From positions 1-64,000 of the forward strand of contig CAXHJY010000424.1 of NCBI GenBank assembly GCA_964016885.1: 64,000 bases of DNA, written 5' to 3'. The notes under the pieces are model-generated. The model was not told where the DNA came from. It worked only from the letters and a program-made list of their open reading frames with translations, and ran no database searches. Of the stretch, positions 14,521 to 30,838 are shown in pieces. Source of the DNA: Eledone cirrhosa. Its lineage: Eukaryota. Within the stretch, counting starts at the first letter, position 1, and each line of letters begins with the position of its first letter. A program made the position numbers and the translations under genes.

Positions 14521-15877
14521 ATATATTTTCGAAATATTTGTTTTTATCGTATTCTTTACACAAAGTTTGACTGAATATATTTTTGAAACATACAAAGGAA
14601 TCTGTATGAACCTGTCACTCACTTTCTCACTCGCTCGGTTCCTTAACCCCACCTGAAGCAAAGGCCACCGACGATCTTCTTCCACATATCCCTGTAGTGA
14701 GCCTTCATCTCCAGTTCACCATCTTCATCTTTTCAATTTTCGTTTATGAATCTTTGTATATACGCATGGAACCATAGCTCCTGGTGGAGTTGTAGGGGCG
14801 CTGCAGTGACATAAGCAAATCTTGGATATTTTAAAAAACATATCGGAGCCCATCCCCTTTTCAGGCCCGAACATGGCCATTTCTTCTAGAGAAGGAAAGA
14901 CAGAGTGGTAGAGAGGGAATTAGAAAGAGATATAGAGGAAGAATCGAGCCTATGGACTGCTACTTTATTATCGACATCGAAAGGATGAAAGACAAAGTTG
15001 AGCTCGGCGGAATTTGAACTCAAAACGCAGAGAGTTAGAACAAATACCCCAAAGCATTCTTTATGAACCCTTACTTCACTATAAAATATATTTTATTGAC
15101 CCACAGCACTCTTTAACAAATTGATGGACTATTTTGTCATTTCTGTAAAACTTACCGAGAAGAAACAGATATAGTTTACATCTGGATTAACTCACAAACA
15201 CTAAATATTTTACAGCATTCATTTACATAACACTTTCTTTATAACCAAAGCTTATTTTATTATAAAATTAGATTTAATAAAAGGAGAGAAATATTATAGG
15301 AACATTTATAGCAAGATATCATTTAAAAATAATCTATGGCAGACATTTCTTTAAAAAGTAGCGTTTAAGTCCATCACCAACAGCAGTAGTAAACCAGCGA
15401 GAGCCGTTCAATCTGTTTGAAATAACAGCCAAATTCTCCTCAGATCACATAATACCATTCTAAGAATAGAAAAGACTCACTGAATAAGGTAATCCTTGTT
15501 ATATATTACATCTGAATAAAGGTCATGATGTTCACGATTATAATGTGTTCAATCTTGACGGACTTAGATAATGTGGCCCTAAATATATACAAATAAATGA
15601 GATAGTCAAACAAAGAATGCTTTCCGTCATTTGTTCTGCTCAATCACGGCTGACTTAGGGTTAAACAACAACAACAACGAAGTACCTTTCAAGGAAATGT
15701 TTTGTGAACCTTTTAACAAGGCTACATGAGTGAGAGTTAGCATCCTGTGCATGTCTAGTAAGACATCCAGACGGTAGCATTGTCAAGTAACAACTGAAAT
15801 ATTCAAATACATTAAGCTATTTAGTTTTGTTTCACTGTTTAGTCAAGGAAGGAAGGGCAATATCCACGACAGCTTTC

Positions 15878-16270
15878 AGGGCTTCTAGACTGTTGGTGAT
15901 AAGAAGGGAGGGACATACCCTCAAACCGGAATCAAGGCTTCCTAGATTGTTGGTGATAGGAAAGGAGGGACATACCCTCAAACCAGAATCAGGGCCTCCT
16001 AGATTGTTGGTGATAAGAAGGGAGGGACATACCCTCAAGTCGGAATCAGGGCTTCCTCGGCAGTTGGTGATAGGAGGGGGGATATACCCTCAAGCTGGAA
16101 TCAGGGTTTCCTCGGCTGTTGGTGATAGGAGGAGGGGAACATACGCTCAAACCAGAATTAGGGCCTCCAGACTGTTGGTAATTGGAAGGGAGGGACGTAT
16201 CCTCAAACCGGAATCAGGGCTTCCTATACTTTTGGTGATAGGAAGGTAGGAACGTATCCCCAAACCGGAA
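15878..16270. repeat. 57-bp minisatellite, about 7 copies
   Basis: Unit like cagggcttcctagattgttggtgataggaagggagggacataccctcaaaccggaat; period 15914, 15971, 16028. Confidence 0.9.
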
Positions 16271-16977
16271 ATCTAGTCCGAATGCTTGCAGCAGAGTGGA
16301 CTCTGCTAAAAGCATTTAAGTACAACAGATTAAGTCTACCATCATAAATAGATCACCACGGGGTTTGAACTTATAGCGCAAAGAACCGGAACAAATGAGA
16401 TCAGCCCGGTGTTCTAACAATTCAGCCAATTCACTTTCAAAGATGAAGTTTTCGATCAACATCTTCAACTGATACTTTATTTGTCGACCTCGGTAGTCAG
16501 TTAAAGGCCGAGATGACTTTGGCAGGGTTTGTGAGACAAGTGATAAATGTATTCTGTCTTAGTAAGAAATGTTTACCGTTACCATGAACGACACCGTGAA
16601 TCTCCAGGATCGTATATTTGCTGCAGGGTAGAGCAATGTACCACCTTTCACCATCTATCTTAGCGATCCAAAACTTCCTACATTTATACAGATTTCAACT
16701 TGCCCAGCGGTTCGATAATTTATAAAAACTTGTTTAGATCCACACTCTTCAGTATAGTTCCCTAAATTTGACGGAATCTTTGATCAGTTGCCATTTAGCA
16801 TAATGGTTAGAACATTCGCCCGGAGTTCTAGAGATACGGAATTCAATTCTCCGTAGCTCTTGCTGAACACTGAATATTATTAAGTTGCAGTAATGCACTG
16901 GGTAATTGCTGGCCTTGTGCCGAAAGTAGAAACAATTATTAAGTTGCATATTTGTACAAATAGTGATAATAATAATA

Positions 16978-17151
16978 ATTGTTTCTACTTTTGGCACAAG
17001 GCCAGCAAATTACCCAGTGGTACTTTATTTTATCGACCCCGTAAGGATGAAAGACAAAGTTAACCTCGGCGGGATTTGAACTCAGTCCGTAAAGGGACGT
17101 AACTATGCTGCAAAGCATAGCGTCCGACCCTCTACTGATACTGCCAATCCT
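16978..17151 (-). mobile_element. SINE copy
   Basis: Reverse complement of the SINE family. Confidence 0.85.
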
Positions 17152-17775
17152 CTGACAACTATATAATGCAGACCAAGCAACCACATAGAAACACCCAAAT
17201 CAGCTAGCCCTGGAGGACTTCCACGAAGATAATCGGATAAATGGAACCATTCAGGTGTCAAACTAAATTCTTTACATTCCCCTGAATCTGGAAGTTTCTG
17301 CTGAAGATAGAATAAGAATTCCAGTAGCTCTGAATCCCTTTTTGTGGCAACATTTCTCCATTCCCTTAAATCTGAAATTTCTGCTAGCGATGAAATTAGT
17401 ATCTCAATAACTCTTAATTTTCTTTGTCTTGTCGCAAAAAAAACAAGGTCAATGTTGACGGTTTCTTCTAAGAAAAAATACCAAGATAGATATTTTTAGA
17501 AGCAATCACCCCCTCCCCCCTCCCGGTCAACTCTAAGGTCACCCGGCCTTTCAAACCAATCCCAGCTGGAACTTATATCCACTCCTCAAAAGACCTCTCA
17601 CAGCAGTCTGTTAACACCTCTCCTTCTTCTCCTCGCCGCTCCTTCCTCTACTCTCTCCTACTACCTGTCAGAACCAAGCTATAAGCAGAGTAGACTGAAC
17701 AGAGAAATGAACTCTCTTCTCCGAATGAACATGTATGTGAAAATTAATTTTTCTTTTATTTTCATTTTCATCATG

Positions 17776-18135
17776 GGTAATTGTTGGCCTTGTGCCAAAA
17801 GTAGAAACAATCATTATTTTTCTTTCCCCCCTCTCAACTTTGACCCCCGAGGTCAACTTTGCCTTTCATCCTTACGAGGGCGATAAAATAAAGTACCAGT
17901 AATGTACTGGGTAATTGCTGGCCTTGTGCCAAAAGTAGAAACAATTATTATTGTGGATTGGCAGTATCGGTAGAGAGTCGGACGCCATGCTTTCCAGCAT
18001 AGTTACGTCCCTTTACGGTCTGAGTTCAAATCCCGCCGAGGTTTACTTTGCCTTTCATCCTTACGGGGTCGATAAAATAAAGTACCAGTAATGCACTGGG
18101 TAATTGCTGGCCTTGTGCCAAAAGTAGAAACAATT
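17776..18135 (+). mobile_element. SINE cluster (two 5'-truncated copies plus one full copy 17953-18135)
   Basis: Repeated tail gggtaattgctggccttgtgccaaaagtagaaacaa. Confidence 0.8.
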
Positions 18136-18346
18136 ATTATTATCACTATTTGTACAAATATGCAACTTAACAATATTCTGCATATCCGCAATTGACAATG
18201 CATTTAATGCTGAAACCGGTATTATAAATAAATTAATGTTCTGATATCTCACTGAAAAAATCTCTTCAACATTTTCTACTGAAAGAATCTTTTTCCTTTC
18301 TACTATTTATTTTTATATACATCAACTCGGGTGTTACTTTCTACAT

Positions 18347-18390
<44 letters not shown>

Positions 18391-18429
18391 CATACAAAAA
18401 ACAACAAACGATCACGCAGGGGTACTAGT

Positions 18430-18845
18430 TACAAATGATATTAGGTTCACGCTTAGTGAAAGTAGGGGTGTGGGTGTGACGATTTGGGCATAAGCCCTTC
18501 ATCAGGAGAGTGTGTGTGTGTGGGGGGGGTAGCTACTCCGAGAAGGAATGAGGGGGGAGTTAGCAGAAAAAAGGAGAAAAAGATAAAACATGAAGTGGAA
18601 AGTAAAAAGATGAGAGGAGTGTAGGGGTGGTGGTGCGTGAGGGGTAGGTGGAAGGGGAGATAGAGGGGGGAAGGAAAAAAGGGTTTCCGAACGGGGAGGG
18701 CGGAAGATGAGATGTGTGTGTGTGTGTGTGTAGGTGTACATGTGTGTGTGTGTGTGTGTGCGTGGATGTAAATGTGAGTCTGGAGGAGAGCGGGGTACGT
18801 GCTTGTGGGTTTCGAAAAACCATTGTGTATGTTGGGGTGGAGTGT

Positions 18846-18893
<48 letters not shown>

Positions 18894-19392
18894 TGTGTGT
18901 GGATGGAAAAGGGTTGGATGTGGTAGGCGTGATCGTGCGGAATCCGGAGGCAGTGTGGGTGTATGTGAGAATGTGTATGTGAGAAGAGGGTGAAGTGGGA
19001 TCGTGTGGAATGTATGGTTGCGTGTGTGCGAAAATGGTATAAGTGTTTGTGTGTGTCTAAGTTTCTGAATGGTTGTCGATGTGTGTGTATAAAGGATGGC
19101 CCGGTTCCGGGTTGAAATCGCATTGGTATCCAAGGGTGTAAACCTTTGTGGTAGGGTCCGTAGTGGTAGGGTCTGTGGTGAGGAGGAAGTGGAATGTTAT
19201 GGGGCGAGCGCAACAGGAAGTGGTCAAGATGGTCAAGTCAAAGGGTAGAGATGGCAGGGCAATGTGAGACAGAGGGAAGGGAGGAGGTAAGGCTAACAGA
19301 ACAGACTGGTGAGAGGTAGTAGCAGAGCTGTCAGTGGTGGGAAGTAGTAGCTGGGAGGTGTGTGTGGGTGAGAGTGGCATGTGTGAGTTGTG

Positions 19393-19471
<79 letters not shown>

Positions 19472-20572
19472 TTGTGTTGTGTGTATGTGTGTGCGGAGGT
19501 GTAGTGTTCGTGCGAGGAGGTTAGGTCAGTGTGAAAAGGTGAAGGAGAGGGTGGTGGCGGTGTGTGTGTGTGTGTCTGTGGGGGGGGGGGTATATTAGTG
19601 GAGGTGTTAGTAGGATGGGGTGTGTGGAGGTGGTGTTGGTAGTATGGGGGAGAGAGAGGAGGGAGAATGTGCTGTGTACATGTGTATGAGTGAGTGTATA
19701 TATACTGCTGTGTGTGTGTGTGTGTGCGTGTGTGGTAAGGTGGGTGTTAGTATTATTAGTGGTGGGGTCGTCGAATATGGGTGTGGGGTTGGGGTTAGTG
19801 GTGGTAGTATGGGTGTGTACATATGTGTGAGTGTATATATACTGGTGTGTGCGTGTGTGTTGTAAGGGGGGGGGGTATTAGTATTATTAGAGGTGGCCCA
19901 AAATGGGTGTAGGGTGACTGGAAGGTGAGGGAACTGTTAATGTTGGGAGTGTTTTAGTGGTGTTAGTATGGGGGGGGGGGGAGAGGCCGGGAGGGAGGGG
20001 ACCAATCGAAGGCTAAAGGAAGAGGGATGGGCAGTTCAAACCGGGGCGTGTGGGTGGGATGCAGGTCTGTAATAGGAAGATGGCGCGTTGTTCGGCCCTA
20101 AGTTGGGCGTCTGGGGTTCCAGGGCACTCAATCAGGCCGCAGACGGTCAAGTTACGAGCGGAATATCCGGCGGAGCAAAAGTGGCGGGCGATGGGGGAAC
20201 TCCGGCCGAGACGAATGTCTCGGAGGTGTTTGGTGAAGCTGAAGCGATCGGTGACGTCCGGTGACGTCCGGACATAGGTGGCGTCGCACTCCGTGCAACG
20301 GAGACCGCAGACAAAGCTGGAGGAGGTCCAGCGAAAGGTATACCGGGCGGAGAGAGAATGGCCGTTGGGAACCTGGAAAGTGGTGGTGTAGGTAATGTGG
20401 GCGCATATGTGGTAGCGGGGTCTAGGGCAGGGAAGGGAACCGAGGAAGGAACGGGATTTGGGGGTAGAGAGCTCCGGACAAAGTAGTTGCGTGTGCGTTC
20501 AAAAGAGATGGAGGGGTCGGACTGGAGGTGGGTGAAATGGCGGACCAGAGAAAGAGCCTGGGTCTCAAAGTC
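18430..20572 (-). mobile_element. Decayed PLE 3' part: GIY-YIG endonuclease (about 20035-20450), long (CA)-rich 3' region and mutated hammerhead (18478-18510)
   Basis: Minus frame LPCPRPRYHICAH...FVCGLRCTECDATYVRT...KHLRDIR...PIARHF...EQRAIFLLQT...PGLN. CTGATGAAGGGCTTATGCCCaaatCGTC near the 3' end. Flanked by (TA)n. Confidence 0.75.
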
Positions 20573-20574
20573 AG

Positions 20575-20607
<33 letters not shown>

Positions 20608-20668
20608 GTACGTATGTATGTATATACAATCCTTATAGAGCTTTCTTCAGGTTTTCGTCTTTGTATAT

Positions 20669-20733
<65 letters not shown>

Positions 20734-20749
20734 TAACAGATTAAAGTTT

Positions 20750-22003
<1,254 letters not shown>

Positions 22004-22099
22004 CCTAGCAATAATTAATTATATTCATTAATAATTAATTGTATTTATTTAGATATATAGTGCGATTAGTACGGTGAAATACTGGTGTAGGTACCAAAT

Positions 22100-23675
22100 C
22101 AAGTACTCTATGCAGAGACAGAGTGTATATAATAGAAAAAAACGAGGAAGTTTCGTTTACATAAGGAAAATATTTATTGCGCGTCACTTATTACGCGCGT
22201 TTCGCAGACGATTGGCTCAAGGTGACCCATAGGCGTTATGGACCCGATTCCGGTATCGATCTGCTCGTCAGACTAGTGATGTGACAAAAGATATATTTTT
22301 GTAGTGGTATGTGGTCTGAGAAGGTATATATATATATATAAAAAAATTCGAAGTTTGAAAGACATGACAATGCAGGTTTAGACGGAGAATAATTAAATTG
22401 TAAGAAACAGGGCTAGATTTTTTTTTACCTTAATTTATTCATATGCTCTGATATTTCGAGATTTATATCTCTTCTTCCGAGGAAAATAAAGGAACTATTC
22501 CAGTGTCCAATGTGGCTTGCTATACTATACTGGCCGGAAGTGGTTTTATTATTATTATTTTTTTAACCTCTTTTGTTTTAAAACTAAGGTCTGAACAGGT
22601 CAAAGGGACACAGAGTTGCTTCCCTTTAAATCCGCTTAGACGCATATATATTAATACGCGCTGACACACACGTGTATGCATACATGTGTGTGTGTAAGCA
22701 CGCACGCAAATACGTAAACACGCATGCATAGAATCGTGTAAACACATGAATGCATATACACGATTTCTCCCGGATATACTGTGCTCGTAAACGGGACTAT
22801 GTGTGACCTAATGTGTAGAGTCCAGTGGCCTTCTAGGTTCGGTGTTGTGTGCCTAGTTCTATGTTAGGTGTTGTGTGCTTAGTTCTAGTCTATTATTGAT
22901 TTGCGGGTGTGTTCTGGCTATGATTAATGGTTCCTTAATTCTGAGATTGCCGAGGTTTCTTTCTTTTGTTTCAACCTTAACTGTTATTTTGTGTGGTGTT
23001 TTTGTATTTATCTAAGTGTTTCTTGAATGAAGAAGCATTAGTGTTAATGTGTTCCTTAATCCTGATATGTAGGTGTCTGGTGGTGCTACCTATATAGAAG
23101 TTGTCGCATTTATCACACTGGACTTTGTACACGACGTATGCTCGATGGCATTTGTCTGTTATCGATGGGGCAGTTGGCCAGCGTGCAGCGTCTGTTGTGT
23201 TCTCTAGGTCGTCTCCTAGATAGTTGTCCGCGTAGTGAGGGGCCCCGAGTGAGCTAGTTGCAAGTCTAGTCCTTCTCTACGCATGACCCTGCGGATGGCT
23301 GTTGTGCCATCACTGAAATGTGGGAGCTTCAGGAAGCAGGTGTTGGTAGAGTTCGTGCTTCGAATGCGGTGTTTCCTATTTCTAACGTAGTTCACCGTGG
23401 ATGACAGGGAACCGGTTAGCTTAAGCACTTCCAAGAAGTGTGTGCTGTATGTGTCTCGGTCTCCTGTGGTGCTGCATTTATTCCGGATACATGTCAGTTC
23501 ATTCCTTATATATCCGGACTTGACACCAAGGAGGAAGGCCGATTTGAAATGGATGAAAAGGTCCCTGCTGTCGGCTTTTCTGTAGAAGCTGGTGTGGATG
23601 CCACCTTCTTCCGTTACCCTCAGCTGGAAGTCTAGCTGGAAGAGGGATCCAGTGTCATTGGGTGTTCCATGCTGA
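22100..23675 (-). mobile_element. Decayed PLE: RT thumb, GIY-YIG and 3' terminal repeat with hammerhead
   Basis: Minus strand TSFYRKADSRDLFIHFKSA...FLKLPH...VVYKVQCDKCDNFYIGSTTRHLHIRIKEH...LRIKEPLII, with frameshifts. Confidence 0.8.
22184..22279 (-). ncRNA. Type I hammerhead ribozyme with long stem II
   Basis: tcactagt-CTGACGA-gcaga...tctgc-GAAAC-gcgc-GTA-ataagtga. Confidence 0.75.
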
Positions 23676-23700
23676 AACTTATATATACATATATATATAT

Positions 23701-25201
<1,501 letters not shown>

Positions 25202-26732
25202 TGTATGCATCTCACGTTCAATCGGGGGGTAACCACAGTAAGTAAGGTACTCAGTACATAGCAGAGTATAAATATTTAATACAGAAATGACTTCTACAGG
25301 ACTAGAAATGTTTCATTCGAAGAAAATCACCAGGAAAGCCGACTGTCAATGTGATATGGTGGTATTTATACATTTTCTGTTGGTAGGGGCAGGTGGTAAT
25401 TAGGATGGGTGGAGGTCATTGGCTGATGGATTTAAAGAATAGGGATTCTTTTAAAAAACTATATTTCGAGAAAAATACACAGTGATACAGGATGATACAA
25501 ATGCAGGCACTCCCAATATTCAAGGTTCATTTATTCAATCATTTTTAGATGTCCTGTTGAAGGATACCACAGCCTGCTTTAAATTATGAAGTATTTTCGA
25601 CAGTAGAGCTCGATGTTACATAATGCACAGGAGTATGGAAGGGCTCTATATACAATATTCCAGGTTATAGGTGGGAAGACATACTTTGTATCTAAGCTTC
25701 TAAATGAATCGAGACAGGAGAGTGTAGTTTTCCCGTTTACGGACATAAAGGGTTGACAAACCTTGTGTAATGTTTTTTCATACCATTTGGTGATTTGAAA
25801 GTTTGCATGAAATTGTGGAAATTATAACTCGCCTTATTATTATGTGCATTGAAAAACTTATTGCATTTATACGTAATCAGAAGGATGACTACACATGAGA
25901 GATAGAAAGTTTCTAGAGATATTGGTAGGGACGTTTATGTTAAGGGGTGAACTAAACCAGTTGACATCCCACTTCCTGGTTGTCATCGGATTCGGGTGGG
26001 TGGAGGGCCAAGGTCTCCCTATAGACAAACTTTCTATTAAAGCAATTCCTTACTATGGCCTCAATATTTTAGGGCGCTGCCTTGTCAAATATAACCCTAC
26101 CAGAGTATAGATTGGACCTTCTTCTGCTTATTCCTGTTACTACGTATGTAATTATATCTGGGATGATTGAAGTTCTTATGTAAGTACACCGTCTCTTCGT
26201 TTGGTTTACAATAGAGTTAATATTTACCTGTCATAAGATCTAGTGGAATGCTTAGGAAATTAGCTATCGTTATGGAGGTAAAGAGAGTGACATTTATGTC
26301 AAATTCTTTGATTATGTCTTTCAGGGTTTTTCTTTTCTAAATCTATCCATGGTATCATCATTCATATTGTATGATGCAGCTAACCCTTAATTTCTGTACA
26401 AACTCAAGGCGTACGAAGAGGTTCCTTTCTTGTGAGTATCAAGAATAAATGGCTCTGTGTGAACAACCACTTTAACCCATTTATAGTTTTCCATAGAAAC
26501 GTAGAAGGGTGGGACGCTCTATGTTTTACCCAATAGGAATGTTCATGGTATAAAAATGATTTCCTGACTCTATCCCGATTTTGATATCGAGGTTGCTAAT
26601 GAAAGTAAATTGTTTCCTGAATTTCATGGCTTTTCGGAGAAAATGGACGGATAAAAAGCCACAATATCGTATAGTAAATTTTCATGTGTCTTAATTTTCA
26701 ATGCTATAGAATAACTTAATTCGCGCAGTGAT

Positions 26733-26950
26733 GCAGTTGTATTAATCTAATATAACCGTGACCACATCTGATCTTCAGTGAAGCTGTTGTATTGATATAA
26801 CATTGACCATCTCTCATCTTTAGAGAGGCAGTTATATTGATATAACATTGACCATCTCTCATATTCAGTAATGCAGTTGTATTGATATATCCTTGACCAC
26901 TTGTTATCTTCAGTAATGCAGTTGTATTGATATAACTTTGACCATCTCTG
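26733..26950. repeat. 45-bp minisatellite, about 5 copies, inside the PLE RT
   Basis: attgatata recurs at 26791, 26836, 26881, 26926. Confidence 0.85.
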
Positions 26951-27027
26951 ACCTTCCGATTGAGATCATCGAGAATGCTTGTATTGACTATGTTCAATTC
27001 TCTTTCGGAGGGGTTTATTAACTTTTA

Positions 27028-27510
27028 CTAGCAGAAAAACCACCCGTAGGGTGGTTTTCTGCTAGCAGGTGTAGTGTGCATATTGATATTATACGCAAAT
27101 ATATATGTATGTAGATATGATACGTTAAATAAAATCGTAATTGACAATATGCACAGAAATTGAACGAAGTCTGTGTTACACTCTCTTCTGCAATCTGTAA
27201 AGTAATCCATGATACATTTAAAAAAGACGATATTATATATAAACCGCATTAGGAGAAAATTAGCGACGGAAATATATGCGATGTTTTTATAAGTGTTATA
27301 ATATAACCGGAAGTGTTGACATTTGAACATTTTAAAGAAGTGAATCTTTAAATAAGCAATAAAATATATTTAACCAAGAGTTACGAAATTCAGTACATAA
27401 ATTATGTAATATTCATTCATTATTTATTCAAAGTAATCCAACTTATTTTACAAACGGGGTAAAAAAATATATTCTGGACGCAGTCCCGCATTCCTTTCTT
27501 TATTATAGTT
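27028..27510 (-). mobile_element. Non-autonomous Helitron-like element
   Basis: Minus-strand 3' end CCACCC-TAC-GGGTGG hairpin, 8 nt, then CTAG|T; no TSD; splits the PLE RT. The homologous copy at 39650-40395 begins A|TCTAAACTATAATAAA. Confidence 0.65.
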
Positions 27511-28109
27511 AAGTTTTGACGCCGGAGAGTCAGCCAGGCTTGTGATTCTTTAGTGTACTATGGTTTTCTATTTTTAACATAGTAGCTAGTTCTCGTGTTT
27601 ATGGCGTTGTATGTTGTGGGTCAGGATATCTTGTAGGTTTTAGTGATAGTTTTCGTTAAAAGCCTATTAGATACGAGGATATATGTTGGAAGATTGATCG
27701 AAATGTGTCATATAATGTCTTTGAATGGATTGTTACAATGTCGAAATTTTATCTTTTTATCATATTGATAAGATCCAATATATGAGTGTCTATGTGTATA
27801 TATTGTGTTTGTATGGTTCTGTACACTACTACGTACTCGTGTTTCGGTATTTATAATATTTATAATTTAGAAAATATTACGGTGATATGCTTATTCCTAA
27901 GCTCTGTCTTAGAATTAGTGTGATGAGGAGTACACACATAGAATATTCCTCGCTCCCGGACACTAAAGCTTGGCTACAGACCAGCATATGTTTGTATATG
28001 TCAGTGTGGTTTTCTTACACGTGTGGCTATGTCTGTGTGTTTGCATGTATTTTATTGTATATAATCTTATTTATTACCGAAGACAATTTTTTTTTTCTTT
28101 ATTCTAAAG

Positions 28110-28684
28110 CAGAGCTTCTCAAACGTTTTGCCCCCCCCCCCCCTCTCACGGCCACGTAGTACCCTCAGCACCCCAGCCCTATTTCCAGAGAGACCTACCT
28201 ACAAGTAAATTTTTAATGATATATAATAAATAAAATCGTTAGTTTATATATAATAAATAATATACAACCCACAAATACAAGACGGTGTAGGACAGAACAA
28301 AGGAACGACACAAAATAAAAAACCCAATCACCGAGGAGTTCACATAATGTGTGACGAAAGAGCTTTGACAATATATAAACAACCTTCCGGTTATCGAACC
28401 AACCAACCAACCGGAAACTTATGATAAATTGAAGTGAAAACCAACAGGTGCGTGTGTTTTTATTGGCAGCATGACCCTCCCAAAGTATAAAAATTATATA
28501 ATATGTACTATGTATAAATAAATATTTATGCTTTATTTTACTATATTTATATATAATATATATCATTTGATATTTAATATACTATTATATCATCTCTGCT
28601 GTCCCTTAGGCCCCAGCGCCCCTCCCCTCACTGGACCTTCTCAACGCCCCCAGGGGGCGGAAGTGCCCACTTTGAGAACTTCTG
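28110..28684 (+). mobile_element. hAT (Charlie-like) MITE with a nested repeat fragment
   Basis: TIRs CAGAGCTTCTCAAA / TTTGAGAACTTCTG; 8-bp TSD TTCTAAAG / TTCTAAAT. Confidence 0.75.
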
Positions 28685-28777
28685 TTCTAAATTTATTTAA
28701 ATGCTGTACATTTTTTTTTTCAGGATAGAGTTGTTTCCCTTCTTGTTTTTCTCGTTTGTATAATGGTATTTTATTCA

Positions 28778-28950
28778 CCATGCTTTGCAGCATAGAGTCA
28801 TGGCCCTTTAAGTTCTGAATTCAAATGCCGCCGAGGTTATCTTTGCCTTTCATCCTTATGGGGTCGATAAAATAAAGTACAAGTAATGTACTGGGGTCGA
28901 TTTAATCACCTTTCAACTTCCCCAAAATTGCTGGCCTTGTGCCTATAGTA
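28778..28950 (+). mobile_element. SINE copy
   Basis: Same core as 2147-2332, with a longer tail variant. Confidence 0.75.
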
Positions 28951-29161
28951 AGAATCATTATATTACAGCGAATCATGCAAATGTTTTGTTGTCTGGGTGA
29001 ACAAAATAACGAATGTGTTAGCCCGAAGATTATTCTATACAACTAAACATAACGAATTGCATCTGTTCCTATATATATAACGGCTGTTAATATTCGTGAA
29101 TAATTCTTTTGAGATGCCAACATATTTTATGTTAATACTTTGTCTCCAGCTTCGTCTAAAT

Positions 29162-29812
29162 CAGAGGTTCTAAAACTTTTTGGGCCATCACCCCACTCAC
29201 GGCCACTCACGCCCCCAACCCTATTTCCACAGAGACCTGACTATACACAAATTGTAAATAATATATACAATGTATAAATAAATATTGTATATATTTTTAT
29301 TTTACTATATTTATATATAATATATATCATTTGATATTTAATATAGTATTATATATTATTATATCCCGCCAAGGTTAACTTTGCCTTTCATCCTTACGGG
29401 GTCGATAAAATAAAGTACCAGTAATGCACTGGGTAATTGCTGGCCTTGTGCCAAAAGTAGAAACAATTATATTATTATATCATCAATATCGGTAGAGGGT
29501 CGGACACCATGCTTTGACGCATAGAGTTACGGCCCTTGCCATTCTGAGTTCAAATCCCGCCATGGTTAACTTTGCCTTTCATCCTTACGGGGTCGATAAA
29601 ATAAAGTACCAGTAATGTACTGGTTAATTGCTGGCCTTGTGCCAATAGTAGAAAGAATTATTATATCATATATATATAAAATACTATAATAATATTATAA
29701 ATAATAATTTCGTAGCGTCCCCCCCCCATTCCATTAGGCCCCAGCGCACCCCTGAACGTCCCCAACGCTTCCCACCCCCGCAGGGCGGTAGCGCCCACTT
29801 TGAGAACCTCTG
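29162..29812 (+). mobile_element. Second hAT MITE copy containing two nested SINEs (29364-29660)
   Basis: TIRs CAGAGGTTCTAAAA / TTTGAGAACCTCTG; TSD GTCTAAAT / GTCTAACG; internal similarity to 28110-28684. Confidence 0.75.
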
Positions 29813-30159
29813 GTCTAACGTTTTCTCCTTTTTACTTAAACTGTTTACCATGCTTCCTTTTGCTTTGTGTGAGACACTGACTCTTTATACCTACCCTCTT
29901 TTATCGTTTATTACCCCCAATATCACACGTTTCATGATTTTCAAAAAAGATGCGAGTTACAAGTCGGTATAGCCAGACATCTCCCAATCTTTCATAAGTA
30001 GAAAATCATGAAACTGTTAAAGTTATAAGGGTAAAGATTCCATAACTCCTTGTGGAGTCATAGAGGCACCGTCAAACGGCGTGTTTAGGGCACTTTAAAA
30101 CCTGGCGGAGCCCAACCCTCTCCACGTCTAAACGCAGCCAATTTTTTCCTATAGAGGCA

Positions 30160-30313
30160 GAATCGACCCCAGTACTGGACTGGTACTCTTTTATCGACTT
30201 CGAAAGTATGAAAGGCAAAGTTGACCAGAGCGGGATTTGAACTCATAGCGCGCAATGAGGTGGAACGAATACCGTATAGCATTCTATCCGACGTCTTACC
30301 GACTCTGCCAATT
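30160..30313 (-). mobile_element. Diverged SINE copy (older subfamily)
   Basis: Reverse-complement core and B-box. Confidence 0.7.
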
Positions 30314-30390
30314 CTTAAAGACTCCAGTTGTATTTTCAACCTTCTTTATGTTTTTACCCGTGTAAGATATTTAAAAAGAAACTTACTTTC

Positions 30391-30519
<129 letters not shown>

Positions 30520-30538
30520 TACATATATATATACATAT

Positions 30539-30598
<60 letters not shown>

Positions 30599-30795
30599 GT
30601 AAGTATGTATGTATGTATATGTACATAGTATGTATATATATACATACATGCACACATATATATATGCACGTATCGGTTTATCGAACATTTATTATAATGC
30701 TCGGTTTGTTTGTTTGTAAACAAACAAACAGCCCGAATTACGCCGTACAGTGTTTAGGCAACCACGTCACCTTTTTGTTCAACACTGACACAGGA

Positions 30796-30838
30796 ACGAT
30801 GTACTAGTTTCAAGCTTATTAACTATCGTCAGCATCGT
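30796..30838 (-). ncRNA. Type I hammerhead ribozyme
   Basis: ACGATG-CTGACGA-tagttaataagctt-GAAAC-ta-GTA-CATCGT; 6-bp stem I. Confidence 0.75.

Larger units (their letters stand above)
25450..27850 (-). mobile_element. Highly decayed PLE interrupted by a Helitron and a minisatellite
   Basis: Minus strand TLKNHKPG..KT|insertion|KLINPSERELNIVNTSILDDLNRKVR...YDIVAFYPSI...ANFLSIPLDLMTGKY*LYCKPN...NHP...FDKAAP. Confidence 0.7.

Noticed and set aside
15827-16249. 140-aa ORF with 19-aa repeats
   Set aside because: Translation of a 57-bp minisatellite; no ATG start or splice support.
26716-26997. 15-aa repeat ORF (RDGQxYINTTA) superficially like a KilA-N motif
   Set aside because: It is a 45-bp minisatellite expanded inside a decayed PLE RT frame.
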